Shown here piece by piece: positions 1-13,539 of a stretch of DNA of 64,000 bases; the first letter of the stretch is position 1; each line of letters starts with the position of its first letter. The DNA lies in the NCBI RefSeq assembly GCF_020745735.1, contig NC_083429.1, forward strand, positions 16,907,877-16,971,876. Direction: 5' to 3'. Below the pieces are notes generated by a model. That model searched no databases. It was given only the letters and a program-made list of their open reading frames with translations, and had not been told where the DNA came from. This DNA comes from Hemiscyllium ocellatum (Eukaryota). The translations under genes and the position numbers were made by a program.

Positions 1-175
1 GGTAGAGGCAGGCACGATAGATTCATTAAGATGCACCTGGGCAGATGCTTGAGTAGATGATGAGCAGAGGGTTACAGATGCTTAGGAATTGGGTGACAGG
101 TTTAGACAGTTGATTTGGATCGGCTCAGGTTTGGAGGGCCCAAGGGCCTGTTCGTGGGTTGTAAATTTTCTTTGC
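1..175 (+). mobile_element. CR1 LINE 3' tail fragment
   Basis: ggtagaggcagg...gggcccaagggcctgtt; similar tail at about 45290-45457. Confidence 0.65.
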
Positions 176-1249
176 CCTTATTAATTTGCATAATATTATG
201 AGAGACAAAGTGCATAAATGCAATTTGTCATTGACACTATAGATGACTGATAGCTTTATGAGAAGACAAAAGGGGCAATATATTTCAAAAGGAATATTGA
301 ATGGCTGATTTTATTGGTCCCTCCATCAGGACTGATGATCACCTGTCATTCATTTATTCTGATCCATTCTGAAATGTGGTATATGTCTACCCAGTTCTAT
401 CAAAATTGTGATGGCAGCGTTGAAATGGAATTGAGCTGGAAATGGTAGAAGCACTGCATGTGGCTAGTTACCTGCATCCTTTTCCTGTGTTGCATGAAGG
501 TGGAAATCCTGGAATTAGGACTCTCTCTTCGTTGCTGAAGGCTTCTGACTTGGCCCAACTCCTTGAAAATCCAGGCCTTGCGCTTAGATTTCTCCTGCTG
601 CACCAACTGGTAACCGTATTGTATGTCCCCAAATTAGGAACCTCTAATCAATTTGATGAAAACTCTGACTTAACAGCCAATTCATTCTAAATTCTCTGTA
701 ACCGTAAAACAAACTTTATAGATCCTGCATAGTCAACGTAGCATTTGGATCTTTGATTTGTGTGTGAACTGTTCAGTCAGGTGGCTTAATTGATGCTTCT
801 TTTGCAATTCAGTGGTATAGTTTCATATAAAACCTGATGTCTGAATTGGACACTCTTCCATCAGCAAGTATTTGCAAGTGTTGTTCCTAAAATGCTTACC
901 TACACTGATGAATCATTATCATGTGGGTGTTTTCAGATGAATTTTGCACTGTGACTGTTTTACTTTCTATCTCAAGTCAGAATTAATTTTCTACTTTTGA
1001 CTGTTATTTATTTCCCTCCTTTTCTGTAGCACTGATTCTCACTGAATTATAGGTTCTACAGAGATTGGTATTCCTGGTTTTCACATTCTGCTGACATTTC
1101 CTGTCAATGGGGTACAATTTCCACAGCTGCTGACTCTCCCTGGAGTACAGGTTACACCAACAGTTACTGTCATGTTTTTGCCTATTGGCCACATACTTAT
1201 GCATTTCCAAAAATATAGCACTGATTAAATGATTAGTACTAGTTCCTAC

Positions 1250-1550
1250 TTAGCACATTCTTGCCTTTGGATCAACAAGTCACCCCAAACACTCAAGTGC
1301 GTGATCAGGTGAACACTTAGTGTGGTGTTGAAAGTATTGCAGATATTTCATAGATGAGACACTAATTAAATCTAGGCCTTGTCTGCCTGCTTAAGATGTA
1401 AAAGAGAGGTAACTAATTCTGTTGCTGTCCTGACCAACACTAATACTATAACTAATGCCTAAAAAAGTCCACTGTGTATTTATCTTATTTGTTGGCTGTC
1501 CTTGTACATAAATTAGTTATTTATTTGTCTATGTAACAATTATGAATGTA
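1250..1550 (+). mobile_element. Degraded Deu-domain SINE (SacSINE1/AmnSINE1-like)
   Basis: gatgagacac...ggccttgtctgcctgc...gatgtaaaaga...tgtcctgaccaacac resembles the Deu core; similar to 62715-63130. Confidence 0.45.
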
Positions 1551-1569
1551 GAATTAAAAGAGTGACTAC

Positions 1570-4092
1570 TTTGCTGGGATTGTTCCACAGGCCTGCCAAC
1601 AGTCACAGAAGACCGAGGAGTAGATATGTGGGCAAATCTCAATACTGAGAGAGAAACAGGGTTGTTGTTGTAAGGGATTTCAACTTGGTAACATTAACTG
1701 GAATCAGATGGGATGGAGTTTTTCAAGTACATCCAGGAGAGCTTCTGGTGCCAGTATGAAGCCAGCCCTACTAGAGACAGGGCAGTGCTAAACCCAGTCC
1801 GGAGGATTGAAGCTGGTCAAGTGGTTGAAGTTTCAATGGGCAAGCAATTTGCAGATAGTAACCAGAACTCTAACTTTTCAAAACCATTATGGAAGAGGAT
1901 AATGGTTGTGCAGAAGTTAAGTATAATTAGAGGAAGGCCAATTTGAAGTAGTACAGTGAGATTTCAGGTTAGCATGACCCTATATGAGTGAAAGGCAAAG
2001 GGAGCAATTCCAGGAAACCCTGGATGAGAAAGGTATCAAAAGGTTGATAATGAAAAGAAAGGGAGCATATATCTGGTACAGTGCATTTAAACAGACAATG
2101 CCCTTCAAAAGTATAGCATGTGAAAAGTTGCTTAAAATGGAAATTAGCACAAAGGAAGGCTAGAAAATACCTTTGGCTGATAGGGTTAAGGAGAACCCCA
2201 AGGTATTTTATGATTTGGAGATGCCGGTGTTGGACTGGGGTGTACAAAATTAAAAATCACACAACACCAGGTTATAGTCCAATGTGTTGAATTGGAAGCA
2301 CACTAGCTTTCAGAGCGACGCTCCTTCATCAGGTGATTGTGTCACTCCCTGATGAAGGAGCATCGCTCTGAAAGCTAGTGTGCTTCCAATTGAACCTGTT
2401 GGACTATAACCTGGTGTTGTGTGATTTTTAACAAGGTATTTTATAAATGTATTAAGAATAAGAGGATTACAAAGGAAGGAATGGATCTTATTTGAAACCA
2501 AAGGGGCAACCTGTGCATGGACCTAGAGGACATTAGTGAGGTCTTAAATGAATATTTCTCATCTGTATTCACGCAGAATAAAGACATTGTAGCCATGTCT
2601 TTCAGTTGGGATGATGTGTTAACAAGCAAAAGGTGTTAGTTGTTTTAACAAACATAAAGGTGCATTAAACCTTAGGGTCTGAGATAATATTAAAAAAATT
2701 ATTGCTGGAAAAACTCAGCTGTTCTGACAGCATCTGTGAAAAGAAATCAGAGTTAATGCTTTGGGCCTGGTAGCCCTCAGAATTCTCCCTCATGTCCTAT
2801 AAAATGTACCCCAGTCTGCTGTGGGAGGCAAGGGAGGAGATTGTTGGGACTCTGGCAGAGATGTTTAAAACTTTGCAGGCTACAGGTGAAGTACCAGAAG
2901 ACTGGAGGATAGCTAATGTGGTTCTTTTGTTTAAGAAAGGCAGCAGGGATCGGCCAGATAATTATAGACCTGTTAGTCTGATGTCATTGGTACAGAAATT
3001 ATTGGGAACATTTTCTGAGAGACAGGATTAATCAACATCTGGAAAGACAGGAATTGATCAGGGATAGTCAGCACAGATTTGTTAGAATGAGCACCTCTGT
3101 AATTTAGTTGAGTTTTTTTTTTGAAAAGGTGATTGCATGTATTGCTGAAGGTAGTGCAGTTGATGTGGTTTACATGGACTTCAATAAGGCTTTTGGCAAG
3201 GTCCAGTATCTAAAATTGGTCCAAATGGTAAGAAGCCATGGGATCCAAGGCAAGTTGGCAAACTGATCCAAAATTGGCTTACAAATAGGATGTGATAGTG
3301 GAGGGTTATGTTTTGTGATTGGCAGCCTGTGACTAGTTGTATACTACAGAATAAATGCTGGCATACTTGCTGTTTGTTATGTGCATTTGTGCTTGGATGT
3401 GAATGTTGAAGGTATAATTAATAAAATCGCCGATGACATGAAAATTGACATTGCTGAAACGGAGGAGGATGGTCTTAGGCTGCAGTCTAATATTGATCAG
3501 CTGGTAAATTGGGCAGAACAATTGTAAGTGGAATTTAATCCTGATAAGTATCAGGTGATGCATTTTGGGAGGTCATATAAGGAAAGGATATAAGGTGGAA
3601 TACTGCACAGACGCACACAATCCAAGGGGTGTGATTGCACTGGACTGGGTGCAGCAGAGATTCACCAAGATATTGCTGAGAAGGAAGGTCTCAGGAGTGA
3701 CTGCGTAGCTGAGCTTGTTTTCCTTGGGGCAGAGGAGACTGTGGGAATTTGATCAAGGTATACAGAGTTATGGGAGGCATAAACAAGAGTTGATCATAAT
3801 AATCTTTTCCCCATGCCAGATATGTCTAAGACCAGAGGGCATAAGTTTAAGGTGAGTAAGTGGTTTAAAGGAAATCTGAAGTAAACTTTGCACTTGGAGG
3901 GTGGTAGAAATCTGGAATGCGCTGTCTGACCGGGTGCTCTTGCAGCATTGAACATTATCTGAATGAAAACTTAATACCAGTGCAAAGTAGGCAATGGGCC
4001 AAGTGCAGGTAAATGGGACTTGTGCAGTTTAGTGTTTGTTGTTGGCACAGACATGGTGGGCTGAAGGGTCTCCTTTTATGCTATATGATTCT
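1570..4092 (+). mobile_element. Decayed CR1 LINE ORF2 and 3' tail, interrupted by Penelope-type insertions
   Basis: ORF 2792..3031 GEVPEDWRIANVVLLFKKG..DNYRPVSL; VDVVYMDF..AF and ADD motifs in broken frames; CR1 tail. Confidence 0.9.
2210..2432. mobile_element. Palindromic non-autonomous Penelope-type element (family F1) with target-site duplication
   Basis: About 85-bp inverted arms aaatcacacaacaccaggttatagtccaa...ccttcatcagg / cctgatgaagg...ttggactataacctggtgttgtgtgattt; caaggtattttat duplicated at 2199-2211 and 2432-2444. Confidence 0.8.
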
Positions 4093-4426
4093 GCTGAATT
4101 AGTACATCAATCACAAGATTGAGATGAAACTTTCACAAAGTGCCTTTTTAACATGAATATTAGATACCAAATTAATGCCATGCTTCCCTTTAGAGATAAA
4201 AAATATGCATGAAATGAGTACAAAATTGCCACTCAATCACGTTAATTGGTCAAATTTCACTAAGTGAAATGCTTTATGCATTTTTGAACATGATAGTGTT
4301 CTAGAATTGAGTAGAACTGTAGGGTTTGCATAAACCACAATTTTCTTCTCAATCTCACTACATTTATTCCATCCCATAACTATTTCTCCTGCATATCACA
4401 TTGAGTGTTCTGACTTTACAGTACTT

Positions 4427-4690
4427 GGTTATAGTCCAGCAGTTTTATTTGGAAGCATTAGCTTTTAGAGTGCTGCTTGTTCATCAGATGGCTGTGGAGC
4501 AGGACCATAAGACACAATGTATAGTAAAGATTTTGCTATAAATTGCCTTATGATCCTGCTCCACAGCTGCCTGAGGAAGGAGCAGCACTCTAAAAGCTAA
4601 TGCTTCCAAATAAACCTGTTGGACTATAACCTGGTGTGGTGATTTTTAACTTTGTCTACCCCAGTCCAACACCAGCTCCTCCACATCATT
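4427..4690. mobile_element. F1 palindromic element
   Basis: Long inverted repeat ggttatagtcca...ggactataacc plus ccccagtccaacaccag tail. Confidence 0.8.
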
Positions 4691-5212
4691 TTTAGTGCTT
4701 GACTTTCTACGTTCTAAAATGATTCTCATGCATAGTTCTGGTGCCATTTTAGCTTTTTAAAGATGTGCATTTGTGGGGTTAGATTCTAGTTAAGTTGCTC
4801 TTCTGATCCTGTGCTAAAGGTATTCATGCTTTCCATCAATAGCTGCACTTCACAATGACTTACTTGCTGGAAGAACTTTGGAATATTTTAAAATTGTGGA
4901 AAGTACTACAAAATTGTAAATTATTTTTGTCTGTCTGGTTTGGATATGTGCATGTGATTAGATGCTGAAAATAGATGTTTGGCTGTGGTGTCCCAGTGTG
5001 TGTGGTCTGGCCTTTTTGAACATTATAATTTCTGGTAGGTTGGTGTTTTCTGAGGACTTGATTTGGTTAATCTATATTCTGTTCCCTCAGAGCTAATGGT
5101 GTTAAGACTGCAAACAGACTGAACAGAATGTTTAAATACCCCATTTTGTACTTGAAGGTGACCTAAGGTTCTGCATTAACTATTATAAAATTGTAGAATC
5201 ATACAATTCTGA

Positions 5213-5418
5213 AGTTAAAAATCATACAACGCCAGGTTATCGTCCAACAGGTTTATTTGGAAGCACTAGCTTTCGGAGCACTGCTCCTCACAACCATCTG
5301 ATGAAGGAGCAGCACTTGAAAGCTAGTGCTTCCAAATAAACCTGTTGGACTATAACCTAGCATTGTGTGATTTTTAACTTTGTACACCCGAGTCTTAACA
5401 CCGGCTCCTCTAAATCAT
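5213..5418. mobile_element. F1 palindromic element with about 18-bp TSD
   Basis: Flanked by aatcatacaattctgaag (5197-5214) and aatcatacaatactgaag (5413-5430). Confidence 0.8.
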
Positions 5419-7187
5419 ACAATACTGAAGATACCCTTCAACCCATTGAGTCAGTACCACTACAGCTGTGCTAAATTTACACCAGTCCCACTTTCCAGTG
5501 CTGGGCCTATAGCCTTGAATGTTATGATATTTCAAGTGTGCTTCCAAATTTTTTTTTTAAAGTTTGTGATTAGATCAGATCCGATTAGATTCCCTACAGT
5601 GTGGAAATTCTTTGAACATTTGTCACTGAAACCTATTTAAACTGCTTTCTGATTGTTCTGTCAACAATGTACCCATTTTTGTAAAGAACAAGATAATTTT
5701 ACTGAAAGCAATGGTATGATTTTAACGCACAACCTGTATAAACACATTTATGTTTATGATGCATGACATCACGATTCATCTGTACTGTTAAATTTTCAGT
5801 AATAGCAGCTGACTCGCAAAACTTAAGGCGTACATCCCTCTGAGCTCAATGAGATAGTATCACAATTCTAATGATTGCTCTTCATCTTTTTGTTGAATCT
5901 ATAACTAGAAATTATCTTGTCTAGGGAACAGTGGGTAAGAGATCTTGCATTTTTAAAATTTGTTCTCCAGTCTTTTAGTCCAAACACAATTTGATACAAT
6001 AGACACTCAGAATGGAGGGTAACGTTGCCATGGGCACTGATCCTCAGTTTAACACTGTTAGTGAGCGCACAATGAGCCATTCTGTGAAGTTCCTTGAGAC
6101 ATTTTCCAATGATAAAGGTATCGATGTATGTTGTTACATTTTCTATTTTTAAATCATTAACAGTACAAATTCTTTCCCAAAGTCCTCTTCAAAAAGCTTT
6201 GTTTGTTCTATGGTTTCTTTATAAAATGAATCCCAGACTTGGGCAGAGCATGAGAAGAGACATTAAGCAGATGTTTAAATGATTTTATTGCATGTTCTAA
6301 GCTATCTCTTCCTTTGACTTTTGCCCGATTCCCTGTCTGCTGAATGTTCTGTTCTTAACTCGCATAGCTTAGCATTGTCTAGAAATAGTATATAGTCTCT
6401 TGTGTTAAAATCAAATGTGCAAATGTATGGAATAACCACAAGTTGAGCCACGTGCAATCTTGCTTTTACTAAGCAGAATGTTTTCCAGCTGGAATACAAA
6501 GCTGCTGTGGTCAGAGTTACAGGCTTTCAACCTTCATCCTGTCCTGGCTGAAAATGTCTCATTCAGCCCCATTCTTGTGCATTAAATTGCCAGTGGAAAT
6601 ACTACGCCTTGAAAGTTAAGAAATTATTAGTGAGACGGGCTGCCCTGTTTAAATCTGGCTAGATGTACTATATTCAGTTCACTAAAGTTCAAGAAGGATG
6701 TATTGGCCTTGGAGTGGTTATGGTGCACATTCACCAAAATTAAAAGGAATGGTTTCAGGAAACACTTCTACTACTGGGTAGTAGAAATCTGTCACTTTTT
6801 CCCCTGGGGAAATTGGGGTTCGATTGAATGTTTTTAGAATAGATACAGTATTGTTAAACAGTCAACAATATTGTATCAATCGAATGTAGGAGAATGGAGT
6901 TAAGATGCAGATTAACTGTAATCAAATCGGATGGTAGAATGCAGTTGAATCAAATGGCCACCTCTGTTCTAATGTGATATAACCATTGGTTTGATATGTG
7001 CAACTACCATTGGCTGTTTGAGGGAATTTGAGTAAAGCTACGGTAGTGATTAAGATCAAGAGCTTCATTTGTAAATTACTGCAGCTCAACGGGAAAGAAG
7101 TATTAGCTCAAATGTTCTTTGGATACTTCCTGTTTATGGTTCGGCACTGAGTAACTGTGAGCTGATTTTGTCTCTTTCCTCTTGCAG

Positions 7188-7332
7188 ACATGAGTTTGAC
7201 TCTGAGCAGATTCCCGAGTTAACAAAGGATCTTTACCTCCAGGATATCCATTGTGTTGGGTCTCTGTGTAAGCTCTACTTTAGAGAGCTACCAAATCCAC
7301 TGTTAACCTACCAGCTGTACGAGAAATTCTCA
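7188..7332 (+). CDS. ARHGAP32: ARHGAP32 coding exon (first in window; RhoGAP domain)
   Basis: tctctttcctcttgcAG acceptor and GTgagt donor; encodes (R)HEFDSEQIPELTKDLYLQDIHCVGSLCKLYFRELPNPLLTYQLYEKFS, the RhoGAP KLYFRELPNPL segment of ARHGAP32/33. The arginine-finger exon was not found and probably lies upstream of the window. Confidence 0.95.
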
Positions 7333-7814
7333 GTGAGTACTTTCACATTCAATGAATTAAGCAGGCCATAAGCAGTTCATGACAATGTAATGAAATGGCC
7401 ATGGTTGTACAGAACTCCACAATAGCCAGCAAACTGTCGCCAACAGCTTAAACATGGCAATTGCGTTATCAGCCCTAGAAGGGTTGAAAACCACACCTTG
7501 CTATGGGTCCACTGAACATCACTTACATTCCCACTCTTGCTTTCCCAGCACAGATGCTAGACAACCCAATCTCCTCTCCAAGTCGAGGGGCCCTGACACT
7601 CATTCCTTGCTGGCTCTCACCAGCTCATATTGGCTTTCACTCTTTCCTGAGAGAAAGCACAGATCGTACATTCTGTCTCCAGTGTGTGTATTTGCAAGTG
7701 AACATTCAGCAAGAAAACCTTATCAAGTCCACAGTCTGCTTCCAGCAAGGTGTCGTATCACAAGAGGGAAAACACCCTGATTTTTCCTGAATAATCAGTT
7801 GCTGAATGCAATGA

Positions 7815-8570
7815 AATAAACTGGTATCAGGGTGAAACTCTGCTGATTGGAGTCATACCTGGTACATAAGAAGATGGTTATAGTTGTTTGAGATCACGTC
7901 AGTTCCATGGCACCTCTGCAGGAGTACCTCCGGGTGGTGTCCTGGGTCCATCCATCTCCAGCTGCTTTATCAAGGACTTTCCCTCCTTCATAAGGTCAGA
8001 AGGGTGTGTTTGCTGATTATTGCACATTCATGACTCCTCAGACACTGAAGCAGTCCATAATCAAATAGAACAAGATCTGGACAATATCCAGGCTTCAACT
8101 AACAAGTAGCAAGTTAGATTCACATCACACAAATGCCAGGCCATGACCACGACCAATAAGACATAATCTAACCACAGCCCTTGCCATTCAGTAGTGTTAC
8201 CATCACTAAATTCCCCATTATCAACATCCTTAGGATTACCTTTGACCAGAAAGACAACTGGACTTGCTACATAACCACAGTGTCTTATAGGAGGCTTTCA
8301 GGGGCCAGGAATACCGAAGCAAGTAATTCACCTTCTGACTCTCCAATGCCTGTCCACCATCAACAAGGCTTAATTCAAGAGTGTGATGGAATATTCTTAT
8401 TTATCTGGATAAGAGCATCTCCAGCAACACTCCAGGGCCTTGACACCATCTATGACAAAGCAGCCCACTTGACTGGCACCTCATTCACAAATGTCCACTC
8501 GCTCTACCACTGACGCTTAGTAGCAGCAGTGTATACTATCTACACGATGCACTGCAGAAATTCACTAAAG
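7815..8570 (+). mobile_element. Decayed LINE RT fragment (second CR1/L2-group family); a 3' end of the same family lies at about 10700-10985
   Basis: GVP.G.VLGP-like and FAD(D/Y)C-like remnants; the same family occurs on - at 23690-24130, 28560-29380, 46430-48160 and 57890-58430. Confidence 0.7.
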
Positions 8571-8949
8571 AGCATTATAGTCCTCCTTACAAAAAAATGC
8601 AAAACAAAGAAACACAGTTAATAGTTCAACACCACAGTCATAAGTACCAAGCCATGCTGAGCTCAACCTTCCCTGCTCCAAGCTCAACATTGTCCCTGCT
8701 GCTACCCTGGGCTGGACTGCCTGTTTTCTGTCTTTCAGCCTGTTCCTCCTCCCACTGCCACCTCGGGCTGCCTGCTCCTTCTCATGCTCTCGCTCTCTCT
8801 CGCGTGCACCGCCACTGCCAGCTGCCTCAGGTGGTATTTTCCTGTTCGCAATGCAAGTGGTGTGGTCTTTTTTTGATCCAAGAAAAGACTCGACAAATGA
8901 TTCCTTTGCCCAAACCAATCTTTATTTTGCACACACCAACAACTATTTA

Positions 8950-9277
8950 GGGTAGCACAGTGGCTAGGTGCTTAGCACTACTGCCTCACAGTGCCAGGGA
9001 CCCAGATTCGATTCTAGCCTCTGGCATCTGTGTATGTGGAGTTTGCACATTCTCCCCCGTGTCCATGTGGGTTTCCTCCGAGTTCTCCGGTTTCCTCCTA
9101 CAATCCAAAGATGTGCAAGTCAGGTGAATTGGTCATACTAAATTGCCCATTGTGTTAGGTGCATTAGTCAGGAATAAATATAGGGTTGGGGAATGGGTCT
9201 GGGTGGGTTACTCTTTGGAGGGTCAGTTTACTTGATGGGCCAAAGGGCCTGTTTCCATACTGTAGGGAATCTAATCT
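8950..9277 (+). mobile_element. tRNA-derived V-SINE (HE1-like)
   Basis: tRNA head with A/B boxes, V-domain gtggagtttgcacattctcccc...ggtttcctcc, CR1-like tail gggcctgtttccatactgtagggaatctaatct. Confidence 0.85.
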
Positions 9278-11112
9278 TAAAACGAAACTATCAATCTACA
9301 AAACTAAATAAATTCAAACCAACCTTTTATCAATTCTGTTTTGTTTCTTGAGCAAAGTCTCACCAGACGGGTCCATGGGTCTGATCAGTGGAGCAATAGT
9401 AAATTAAGCATGGAAATAAGCCTTGTTGATTGCAGTACCTTCGCAGAGGTAGACAGGCAGCAATGCCACCCTATCCATGAACTGAACCCACTTGCTGATC
9501 AAGGGTGGCCGCTGGCCATCTCAGGGTTCCACCTCAGAGGGTGGTTCCTCTCCCCACTCTTATGTCTCCGTGAACAGCAAGCGATCTTGGTGGAACATCC
9601 AAGTAAACTGTTGAAGTCTTTTATCGATCTGAAACAAGACTGACAAATGACTCCTTTGTCCAAACCAATCTTTATTTTTCTTGCATGCAAGGGGAGAGTA
9701 CCTATTCACATTATAGGAAACAACTTCAACAAGTGATTCAAGATGCAGCCTTTTTATAACAAACATGGGAGAAATCTCTGTGACTCTTTGTTCAGCAAAG
9801 CAGTAAGTACAAAATTGCAATAACTGGCCTGACTGATAGGAAGTGAATACTGGTGCAGTTCATTTGGACTGTCTGTTCTTTCCCAAGCCATCTGCTTTCC
9901 CATGGACCCTGGCCAAAAGATGTCTGCTTGTTTAAGCTGCAGTTTTTTTTTGCTTACCCCTAGCTATTAGCAATACTAAATTAAACCTTCAAGCCACTCT
10001 ACCCTTCCTGCTGGCTTCCAAAACATTTTATTCTTCCACAAAAGCCTTGGACTACAATATGATATAGGCGGATTGGTCAGATGGACTGAACTGTGGCAAA
10101 CGGAATTTAATCCTGAAATATGAAAGCTGATGCATTTTGGGAGGACTAATCAAGGGACTAAAGGTCGAATGGTCAGACAGAGGATTTGAGGGACCTTGGT
10201 GTCCATGTTTAGAGATCCTTGAAAACAGCTGTACAGGTAAATAAGTTGGTAATGAACACCATGTTCAATTGTTACATTTAATTCTGGCATTGAGATCTGA
10301 GGTGCAGTAAAAAAAAGTCATGATTTCTTGTCTAAAATGTTCCAGCTTTCTGCATATGCAATAGAAATGCATTAGCTGTATCCTCACCAATCTGCTGAAA
10401 GTTTCTACAGAATGATGCTTTTTCTGTATTAAAGTTTGCCTCAACTTCCATCTGTTGTCTTATGCCACTTTAAATATTATGTCATCCAGGAAGTTAATAC
10501 TGTCATTTTGTCTTATGTCTTTGGTAATGTCAATGGATGGTTGGTCATTATTAGGATTTAGATAAAAATCTTCTAATTCTGTTTCTGTGAGAGCCCAAGC
10601 ACCCCATATCTAAGCACATATACAGAGGATATTGTTAATATGTGACTGCATCACCTATTAAATGAGTTGGAGATAATGAAAAAGGAGTCCCTGAAAACTA
10701 AAATGTAGCTTTCCTGAAAATCTCCAATCCCCGGGAAAGACGAATACAGATGTGTCAGAACACCACCACCTGCAAGCTTCCCTCCAAGATGCACATCACC
10801 TTGCCTTGTAATCATATCATCATTCCTTACTGTTGCTAGCGCAAAATCGGAGAAATACTTTTCTAAAAACAGTGTTGGTGTATCTGCACCACATAGACTA
10901 CAGCAGTTCAAGAAGATGGCTCACTTTCACCCTCAATGGTACTTGGGAATGGTTAATAACTTACTAGTGCCCCCACCTTCCATGTAAAACACTGTTTTAG
11001 GGACGTGGGGTGACTGTCGTCAATCTGGAGGTTGGATGGCATTCTTCAGTGAAGATGGAATTTGGTGTGTTCAGTGAAAGGAAGCTGACTGTAGCTGCTT
11101 TGTGTTCTGCAG

Positions 11113-11195
11113 GACTCTGTATCAGTGGCTTCAGATGAGGATCGCTTGATTAAAATTCACGATGTCATCCAGCAACTTCCTCCTCCTCATTACAG
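11113..11195 (+). CDS. ARHGAP32: ARHGAP32 coding exon (RhoGAP)
   Basis: ttctgcAG/GTatg; DSVSVASDEDRLIKIHDVIQQLPPPHY(R); phase 0 to 2 fits neighbouring exons. Confidence 0.95.
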
Positions 11196-11857
11196 GTATG
11201 CATACTCCGACTGCTTAATCCTTATAAATTGGGGAACAGTTCCAAGTGTCTGTTCTTTCATTTATAATCGGAGAATGGTTACAATGTAAAAGGAAGTCCA
11301 CCTGTTCGTACTGGCTTCCTGCAAGAGTGGCAGTTCATCATATTTACCCATACTTTTTCTATGCAGCTCTAATTTGTTTTTCCCAATAAACTACTTTCTT
11401 TTGAAAATTAAAATTGAACCACCTCAGTCAGGCAGTGCATTCCTGATCCTACCCACTACATCGTGTTTTATTATGTTGGCTTTCTACCAATCACCTTAAA
11501 TCTGTGTCCTCTGTTTCTTGACTTCATTTCTAATCTTTCCATGATTTTTAACAACTATTATTGGAGCATATCAACATAAGTTGGCAATTCACCCCCTTCT
11601 GTCATTCACTGACCTGCGGCTCACTTCATATATCTATCTATCAAATCTCTGAATGCATTCGGGTTCATGAATCATTATTAACAGATTTCTCAATCTGCAA
11701 CTTTCAGTGGTTTATGCATATATATCCTGGGATCTGTCTGCGTCTGCACTCTTTTATATTGTACTTTGGGAAGAACAATGAAGAAAAGCATTGTTTTGCA
11801 GTTCTTTGCATTGAATTTCATCTACCTCCTGCCTGCCCATTCCTCTGGAAGTTTACT

Positions 11858-12480
11858 GAAAACAACAAATGCTGGAGATTACAGCAGGTCAGGCAGCTTC
11901 CATAGAGAGAGAGAGAGCAAGGCTAATGTTTTGAGTCTAGATGACTCTTCATCAGAGCTGAAGTGTGCGGGGGACAGCATTTATGCGATAGTTTATGGGG
12001 GCGCGGGGACGTATGTGGGCGTAGTAGGTGTAGGTGCTGATGGAGAAAAGATGTTGATAGTTCAGATTAAATGGTCAGAATGTGAGAATGGCAGAACAGT
12101 GGCATGTCTCCTGCCAGCCTTGAAAGGAGACACAGTCCCACCGGCATGGGGAGGGGAGAGGAGAGAGGACATGATAACAGAATGTAACAAGCTAAAGGAA
12201 AGGGAAGAAATGGGAGTTGGTTCACAATCTGAAGGTGTTGAACTCAATATTAAGTCCAGAAGGCTGTAAAATGCCTCATCTGAAGATGAGATGTTGTTCC
12301 TTCAGTTTGTGCTGGAGTTCACTGGAACGCTGCAGCATGCCAAGCACAAACACATGGGCATGTGAGCAGGTCACTGTTAAAATAACCAGCTACAGGAAGG
12401 TTGGGATAATGCTTGTGCATAGACTGGAGGTATTCTGCAAAGTGGTCACCCAGTCTATATTTGGTTTTTCCAATGTAGAG
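11858..12480 (-). mobile_element. Penelope-like element 3' fragment (family F3)
   Basis: Minus-strand remnant KLKEQHLIFR*GILQPSGLNIEFN (typical PLE C-terminus) followed by a hammerhead-like motif at 11922-11958. Confidence 0.75.
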
Positions 12481-13194
12481 TCACAGCGCAACACCGGGCA
12501 TTTTGCAGCCTTCTGGGTTTTGGTCCGACCTCTTGAAATGTATCTTTGTCTTCACCCCACAGTTTACAATACTTCCATGTTTTCTATTGTTCAGAATGAG
12601 CTCTGCTGTGATAAAGTTTGCACTGAAAAGATGTAGTAGCTGAATATCAAATGGACGATATCTCTATATTCCGATTAACAGTTGTAATAGTCATTCTAAT
12701 TTCTAATGCAGAAATACAATTGCAGAACACAAAGGAAGACTATTAGAACTCGAACGTGGGTAGGTTTGGATGGTTAGTCATATCTCTGACCTGCAGTAAC
12801 CCCACACTGGTTACACTGTCACAACAATCCCCATCAGCATTCTTTTGAGTTTGCTGCATTTAGGGCACTGTCTCATAATCACAACTGTTGGCACAGGCAT
12901 TGTAAAGCACTCTTCTTTTGGTGACTGTTTTAGGTTGTTGTATGCTGTTATTCCTGCTCCCTTCACTTCAGGCAACCTTATCACTTTCTCAAAATTGCAT
13001 TAATTTGCCCATATTCAGACAGAATTGCATTAATATCACCAAAATATTGCATTTTATAACTGCTTTCTTCTTTGCCTCCTGGCTGTCTTGACATCACTAA
13101 GGTGAAGCATAACTACCATATGCGTGAAGTCCCTTCTAATGTCTATTGTTGATATTTTACTGAGCCTTGGCTAACTTGTGATCTCTTTGTTCAG

Positions 13195-13302
13195 GACCCT
13201 GGAGTTCCTGATGAGGCACCTAGCTCGATTAGCGACTTTCAGCTACATCACCAACATGCATACTAAGAACCTGGCTATTGTTTGGGCTCCAAATCTTCTC
13301 AG
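13195..13302 (+). CDS. ARHGAP32: ARHGAP32 coding exon (RhoGAP)
   Basis: tttgttcAG/GTgaga; TLEFLMRHLARLATFSYITNMHTKNLAIVWAPNLL(R), the canonical RhoGAP N-M..NLA.V.AP.L motif. Confidence 0.95.
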
Positions 13303-13539
13303 GTGAGAACGTTCATGCTATTAACTATGAGATAAAAATTTTGATGTACATGGGACTTTACTGTGACACAAACTTGTTAGATTCAAAATCGTCAACTGCT
13401 AGCAGAGTTTTGCAGTCAATTAGCACGAGAGTTGGGCAGTGACAAAAGACTGGAAAATGCATCAGAACAGCCTACAGAAATCTCAGTGGTTTGAATATTT
13501 GGAGTTACAAATAGTGTAGGTGAGATAGGAAGTGTTCTA

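Noticed and set aside
11766-12636. 167-aa and 139-aa + strand ORFs
   Set aside because: Antisense read-through of a Penelope-like fragment; no host-gene signature
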